Notes under the pieces: generated by a model
Databases searched by the model: none
The model's input: the letters and a program-made list of their open reading frames with translations, nothing else
What the model was told of the DNA's origin: nothing
IMG/VR virus record: IMGVR_UViG_3300045988_101454
Coordinates: 1-64,000 of that record
Source of the DNA: a virus
Direction: 5' to 3' (one strand)
DNA: 64,000 nt
Program-made: the position numbers and the translations under genes
In this document: positions 59,859-64,000 of the stretch, piece by piece
Layout of the letters: each line of letters opens with the position of its first letter
How positions within the stretch are numbered: position 1 is the first letter of the stretch

Positions 59859-62800
59859 TTTGTTCTTCATAAACTGATTAGCCCTTGTCATGCTGTCATA
59901 GAGCTTGCCACGTCCATACATATCAATCTTTGCCTCGATAGGTTGCTCCAGGCGTTGCAAGAGCGTGTTTACGGCTTGCAGGAGCGCAATATTTGTGTTG
60001 GCTTGTGCAATAGTCAGTTCATCGCTTACAGAAGCTCCTGTAGATACTGTGGGGCTTGTTTCGGCTATATTGCCAGCGTCGTAGGCGCGACGGCCTGAAT
60101 AGTTGCGATCGTAATTTACAAGAGCCTTCAACAGTTGCGGATTGTTCATCATCATTGCCTGGGTTGTCTCTCGACCGATTACCAACTCGGGACCATTTTC
60201 GGCTACCAGGGACGGATGACCGTTGATGGTGGTGGCGGTTGGATGCGTAAGGAGCGACACGCCGTTGTGCGGCTTGTTATCCTCGGTTGCCCAATAGAGA
60301 CTACCATCGTTACCGACGAACGGACGGAGGTCTTGCACGTTGCCGGAATCGTAGGTAAGCATACCGGAAACAACCTTAGTATTCTTACCCTTGGCTGTCT
60401 CGTTTTTAGACTTGTCGCTGCCACCAACCTTGCTGATAGCAAAGTTGAGTAATCCCATGAGGATTGCCATCATTGCGCTGTAAGCGATTGGACCGGCAAT
60501 AGGTCCGAGAGTACTGACACACCAACCAAATATACCCGCAGAACGAAGAGCTGCCATTACCTTTTGGTGAGCAACCTCAAGCTGTTCCTCTGTCTGGTTA
60601 TTTACCGTCTTTGCCATAAGCAAAGCCGCTCCAGTGGCAGCCTCCCCTTCTACCTTTGCTGTACCGAACGCCTGCTGCATGAGAAGCAACTGCGTATAGT
60701 GAGCCGTGGTCTGCGCACGGTCTATCTGCTGCTGACTTATCATCTGCAAGGTGTTAGTGGCAAACGATTTTATCATCTGCTTTAAGGCTGTCTTCAATGC
60801 CTTGCGTCCTTCCGCTGCGTTCTCGGTCATAGTGGCAAAAGCATCGCCCACCGACTCGCCAAAGGTTTGCAACGGTCCCATGAAAGTAAGAAGAGAATTG
60901 TACTGCTCAAACATATCTCCCGTGAGCTTCTTGGCATAGTTAGCCTGTTCCGCCATTATTGACTTTCGGGCATCAGCAAGTTGCTGCTCGGTGGCGTTGT
61001 GCTCTTCGAGGAACGTATAATACTGCCGAGCAAACTCCATGCGAGCCTTCATAAGTTCAAGCTCAGGGTCGGAAGCTGACACCGACTCCATACCCATACG
61101 CTGACCGGCATTGCGATAACTGACATTAATGGAAGACTCCTGTTCCATTCCTGGTAGTTTACTTTGGTAATCTTTATAGAAATCAGTCTTAGACCAACCG
61201 TAATCATTCAGCTTCTTGCGCTCGTCATCGCCCTTTTTGTTTGCCGACTCGTATTCGTCGTTGTATTGAATGAGTTTCAGAAAGAAGGCTTGCCATTCGG
61301 CTGCACTTGAGCCGAGAGTTTCGGAGATACGTTTGCCCATTCCGTCAGGATCTTCACCAAAGAGCGTTTTCATAAGTAGTCCCCTACCCTCTTCGGTAGA
61401 TACGTCGGCGGCAAATATCTGAGAAATCTCCTCACGAGCCCTCTCAAACATGGCAATGATTTTTGTCTTGCGCGTATCAAAAGCCGCCTTATCTTTAACC
61501 TCAGCATCAGTAGGATTGGCATAGCCGAGAGTATTAAAGGTATCGTATGCGCTTTGCTTCACCACACCCGTGTAATCATGCTCTTGCATCGCCTTGCGAC
61601 GAGCCTCCTGCTGTTGTGTTTCGAGTTTTAGATTAGCTTGTGCGTTCTTGGTGGCCTTGGCAAATACCTCGGCGAGAATGGAGTTAAGAGAACGGTTGAG
61701 ATTACTGCCCAATTCGTTCAGTTTCTTACGCAAAGCGTCTATATTGTTAGACGTAATACCTTTGAGCAATCCTTCAGAAAGATTTACACCGGTCTCGTCG
61801 GTTTGCTCGATAAGGTCGTCCTTCATGGTGAGCTTGAACTGCTCCCATGTGTTAGTCTGTCCTGCGATAGCAAGGCGAACCTGCTCAAGAGCCTCGTTCA
61901 TGCGTCGCTTTACTGGCTCCACAAACAAGTCTTGCTCGGTTTTATCCATACCCAAGCCGATGGCCTCCTGCATCTTGGCGTTTATCTGACGCTCATAGAA
62001 GTTGCGTACGTTATCCATGATAGCGTTCGCGTCGTCCTGCTTCTGCTTCAGTTCCTCACGCCAAGCACGCTCTAGGGCGCGCCTGTCTCGCTTTTCCTGT
62101 GCGATAGCGTCGTTGTCGGGAACATCGTTTTCAAGCGTGCCAGGTGTTTCTTCGGGGTACGGGGTGTAGCCTTCAGGAAACCACTTACGGTAATTGTCTT
62201 CAATATCCTTTTCTTTCTTCCTTCTTCTACCCGTAGAATTGGCATACCAACGAGCAGCGAACAACAAGTCTCGGAGCTTGTACTGCATCTGACTATCATC
62301 AGAATTAATACCCGCCTTTCCTCCGTCATAAGTATCTCTATAAATAAAGCCACCTTTACTAAGTTTCCAATTAAAGCCGTCTATCAAGCCCGACTTGTTC
62401 TTAGGCATCTTTTTAACCAAATTCCAAAAAACAGCGTTACCGTTAGCACCCTTACTCACCCATCGGTCTATATCAGTGAAAGAAACCCCGAGTTTGTCAA
62501 TGCCCAATTTTTGAATCTGAGCCAACAAAGCGTTTGCAGCAGAATCCCTATCCGCATCGAGTTTCGGCAGAGCTTGTTGCTTCGCTTTCTCCATCATACG
62601 ATAATAAGTAGCCCTCTGGGCCTCTTGCGCCAACTCTGAATAGTGGTCGCGCAAATCCTTTACACTCTTAATTTCAATGCCGAGGTTTGAGATATACGAG
62701 CGGAAATCCTTGTTGAATCGCGATATGAGACCTTGACGTTCCTTTTGCGAAAGGTTCGTCTCATTCATCATCCGCTTGTAGTTCTCGAGTTTCTTGTTAA

Positions 62801-63986
62801 GAGTTGCTGTCTCTACAGCAGCCTGACCAAGAGTAGATTTCCATGCGTTTGCCTGACGTTCTGCTTCTTTTTGAGCTTTTGCCGCTTCTTTTGTCTGCTG
62901 TGCATAACCATACACAACTCCAGCAACAGCAACTATAACGCTTGCAAGAGCCACCCAAGGATTCACCTTCATTACAGAGTTAAGTCCCGTTTGAGCTGCG
63001 GTGGCTGTGCGCGTGGCCGTAACATACGCATACAGTTGGCTTACAGCCGAGCCAATGGCTGCTCCGAAATTCTTAATAAGAATCAATCCGGAATATATAC
63101 CCTGTGAAGCCATATAGCCAATGATGACTGGCAGAAGGGTCGCTACGGCTTTCAATGCCATAAGAACCATCTGAAGAGAAACAAGCAATGTGCCTTTCAG
63201 CAACGGACTGTTTGTCATCGTTGCCGACATCTCATACCACCATTCCGCCATACTCTTTACAGCATCCACACCGTCGGGATTTACAAACGCCTTCTCCCAA
63301 AGATTGTTGGCTCTTTCGAGAATACCTATGGCCGACTGTTGCTGCATCGAGTATTCATTACCTACGGCAGTGGCTTCACGGAAAGCCTCTTCCGACTCGT
63401 AGAGATGATCCTTCAGCATATCCACGTTCTTCGACATGGTAACCATAGCGGTAACGAGTCGCTGACCGTCTGAACCGAGGTCTTTAAAAATGCCACCCAA
63501 GGCGTTCATGTTGCCCTTGTCGCGCATTTTTTCGAGCACAAGCACAATAGCATCCATAGCGTGACCCGACGCATAGAGATTCTTGATTGTCTCGTCGGGT
63601 ATGCCGAGTTCCTTTGCAATAAGGTTGTGGTTTTTCTGCAAAGCTACGATAAACTTACCCATAGCGGTAGAGGCCACCTCCGGCATAAGCATCATCGAAG
63701 AACTTGCAGAACCGAGGGCAAGCAACTGGTCGGTGGTGATACCCGCGGTACGAGCAACACCCGTCAGCCGCTTTGAAAATTCTACAATGTCGTTGGAAGT
63801 TGAAGTGCTCGTAGAAGACAACTTAAACAGGGCAGAACCCGTAGCCTCCATTGCCTTGTCGATACCCATCTTCGGGATAAGACCCATCACCTCCACCATC
63901 TTAGAGAGTGCCGGCAACGCTTCCTCGCCCATTTCCTCACCAATGGCAACATTTATCTTGTCGGCTGCTTTTACGAACTGAGCCAT
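59856..63986 (-). CDS. tail tape measure protein-like (at least 1376 aa)
   Basis: The N-terminal region (GEEALPALSKMVEVMG...TAGITTDQLLALGSASS...) resembles the TP901-type tape-measure core. The protein also has long helical regions, hydrophobic segments and a Gly-rich C-terminus. The frame is still open upstream of the ATG to the window edge, so the true start may lie outside the window. The stop codon is TAG. Confidence 0.7.
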   Translation of the reverse strand: MAQFVKAADKINVAIGEEMGEEALPALSKMVEVMGLIPKMGIDKAMEATGSALFKLSSTSTSTSNDIVEFSKRLTGVARTAGITTDQLLALGSASSSMMLMPEVASTAMGKFIVALQKNHNLIAKELGIPDETIKNLYASGHAMDAIVLVLEKMRDKGNMNALGGIFKDLGSDGQRLVTAMVTMSKNVDMLKDHLYESEEAFREATAVGNEYSMQQQSAIGILERANNLWEKAFVNPDGVDAVKSMAEWWYEMSATMTNSPLLKGTLLVSLQMVLMALKAVATLLPVIIGYMASQGIYSGLILIKNFGAAIGSAVSQLYAYVTATRTATAAQTGLNSVMKVNPWVALASVIVAVAGVVYGYAQQTKEAAKAQKEAERQANAWKSTLGQAAVETATLNKKLENYKRMMNETNLSQKERQGLISRFNKDFRSYISNLGIEIKSVKDLRDHYSELAQEAQRATYYRMMEKAKQQALPKLDADRDSAANALLAQIQKLGIDKLGVSFTDIDRWVSKGANGNAVFWNLVKKMPKNKSGLIDGFNWKLSKGGFIYRDTYDGGKAGINSDDSQMQYKLRDLLFAARWYANSTGRRRKKEKDIEDNYRKWFPEGYTPYPEETPGTLENDVPDNDAIAQEKRDRRALERAWREELKQKQDDANAIMDNVRNFYERQINAKMQEAIGLGMDKTEQDLFVEPVKRRMNEALEQVRLAIAGQTNTWEQFKLTMKDDLIEQTDETGVNLSEGLLKGITSNNIDALRKKLNELGSNLNRSLNSILAEVFAKATKNAQANLKLETQQQEARRKAMQEHDYTGVVKQSAYDTFNTLGYANPTDAEVKDKAAFDTRKTKIIAMFERAREEISQIFAADVSTEEGRGLLMKTLFGEDPDGMGKRISETLGSSAAEWQAFFLKLIQYNDEYESANKKGDDERKKLNDYGWSKTDFYKDYQSKLPGMEQESSINVSYRNAGQRMGMESVSASDPELELMKARMEFARQYYTFLEEHNATEQQLADARKSIMAEQANYAKKLTGDMFEQYNSLLTFMGPLQTFGESVGDAFATMTENAAEGRKALKTALKQMIKSFATNTLQMISQQQIDRAQTTAHYTQLLLMQQAFGTAKVEGEAATGAALLMAKTVNNQTEEQLEVAHQKVMAALRSAGIFGWCVSTLGPIAGPIAYSAMMAILMGLLNFAISKVGGSDKSKNETAKGKNTKVVSGMLTYDSGNVQDLRPFVGNDGSLYWATEDNKPHNGVSLLTHPTATTINGHPSLVAENGPELVIGRETTQAMMMNNPQLLKALVNYDRNYSGRRAYDAGNIAETSPTVSTGASVSDELTIAQANTNIALLQAVNTLLQRLEQPIEAKIDMYGRGKLYDSMTRANQFMKNK

Positions 63987-64000
63987 ACCCTCAACGCCGT

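Overview
The whole 64-kb window looks like one segment of a large tailed-phage genome. I found no rRNA, tRNA, CRISPR array, integrase or cellular housekeeping genes. Almost all genes are on the minus strand. Operon starts carry TAnnTTTG-type -7 boxes and there are no Shine-Dalgarno sites, which points to a Bacteroidota host (inference). All protein calls come from motif recognition by eye, not from database searches.

In transcription order (right to left):
- a tape-measure-like gene (59856..63986, possibly longer)
- a 0.9-kb non-coding region with repeats
- a replication and nucleotide-metabolism block: primase-like protein, dNMP/guanylate kinase, ThyX-like protein, MazG
- a capsid block: S49 protease-scaffold and putative major capsid protein
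- a self-contained LysR regulator unit
- about 18 kb of small accessory genes, including RtcB, GNAT, LemA, YopX and ASCH
- a late operon from the portal candidate (29841) through an N6/N4 DNA methylase and very large structural proteins to GH24 endolysin and a holin-like gene (8469)
- a divergent control region with an HTH regulator and a lipoprotein on the plus strand
- a block of small early genes containing a tandem duplication

Strongest observations:
1. A complete diversity-generating retroelement (DGR). The target gene's variable repeat (VR), the template repeat (TR) and the reverse transcriptase (RT) are all present. All 12 internal TR/VR differences sit at TR adenines. The architecture is atypical: no Avd-sized ORF, RT motif C reads YADN, and the RT has a long C-terminal extension.
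2. A tandem array (38.3-40.5 kb, plus two dispersed copies) of about 10 translationally coupled mini-ORFs. They resemble the target-recognition region (TRD) of C5-cytosine methyltransferases and sit behind a 5'-truncated methyltransferase remnant.
3. Four of these mini-ORFs have their conserved C-terminus in the -1 frame directly after a G-tract (G11, G7, G6, G4).
4. An A7 slippery run at the stop of the gene after the capsid gene, followed by a 42-codon -1 extension.
5. In-frame TAG codons at three places in apparently coding sequence.
6. Several regulatory repeat families.
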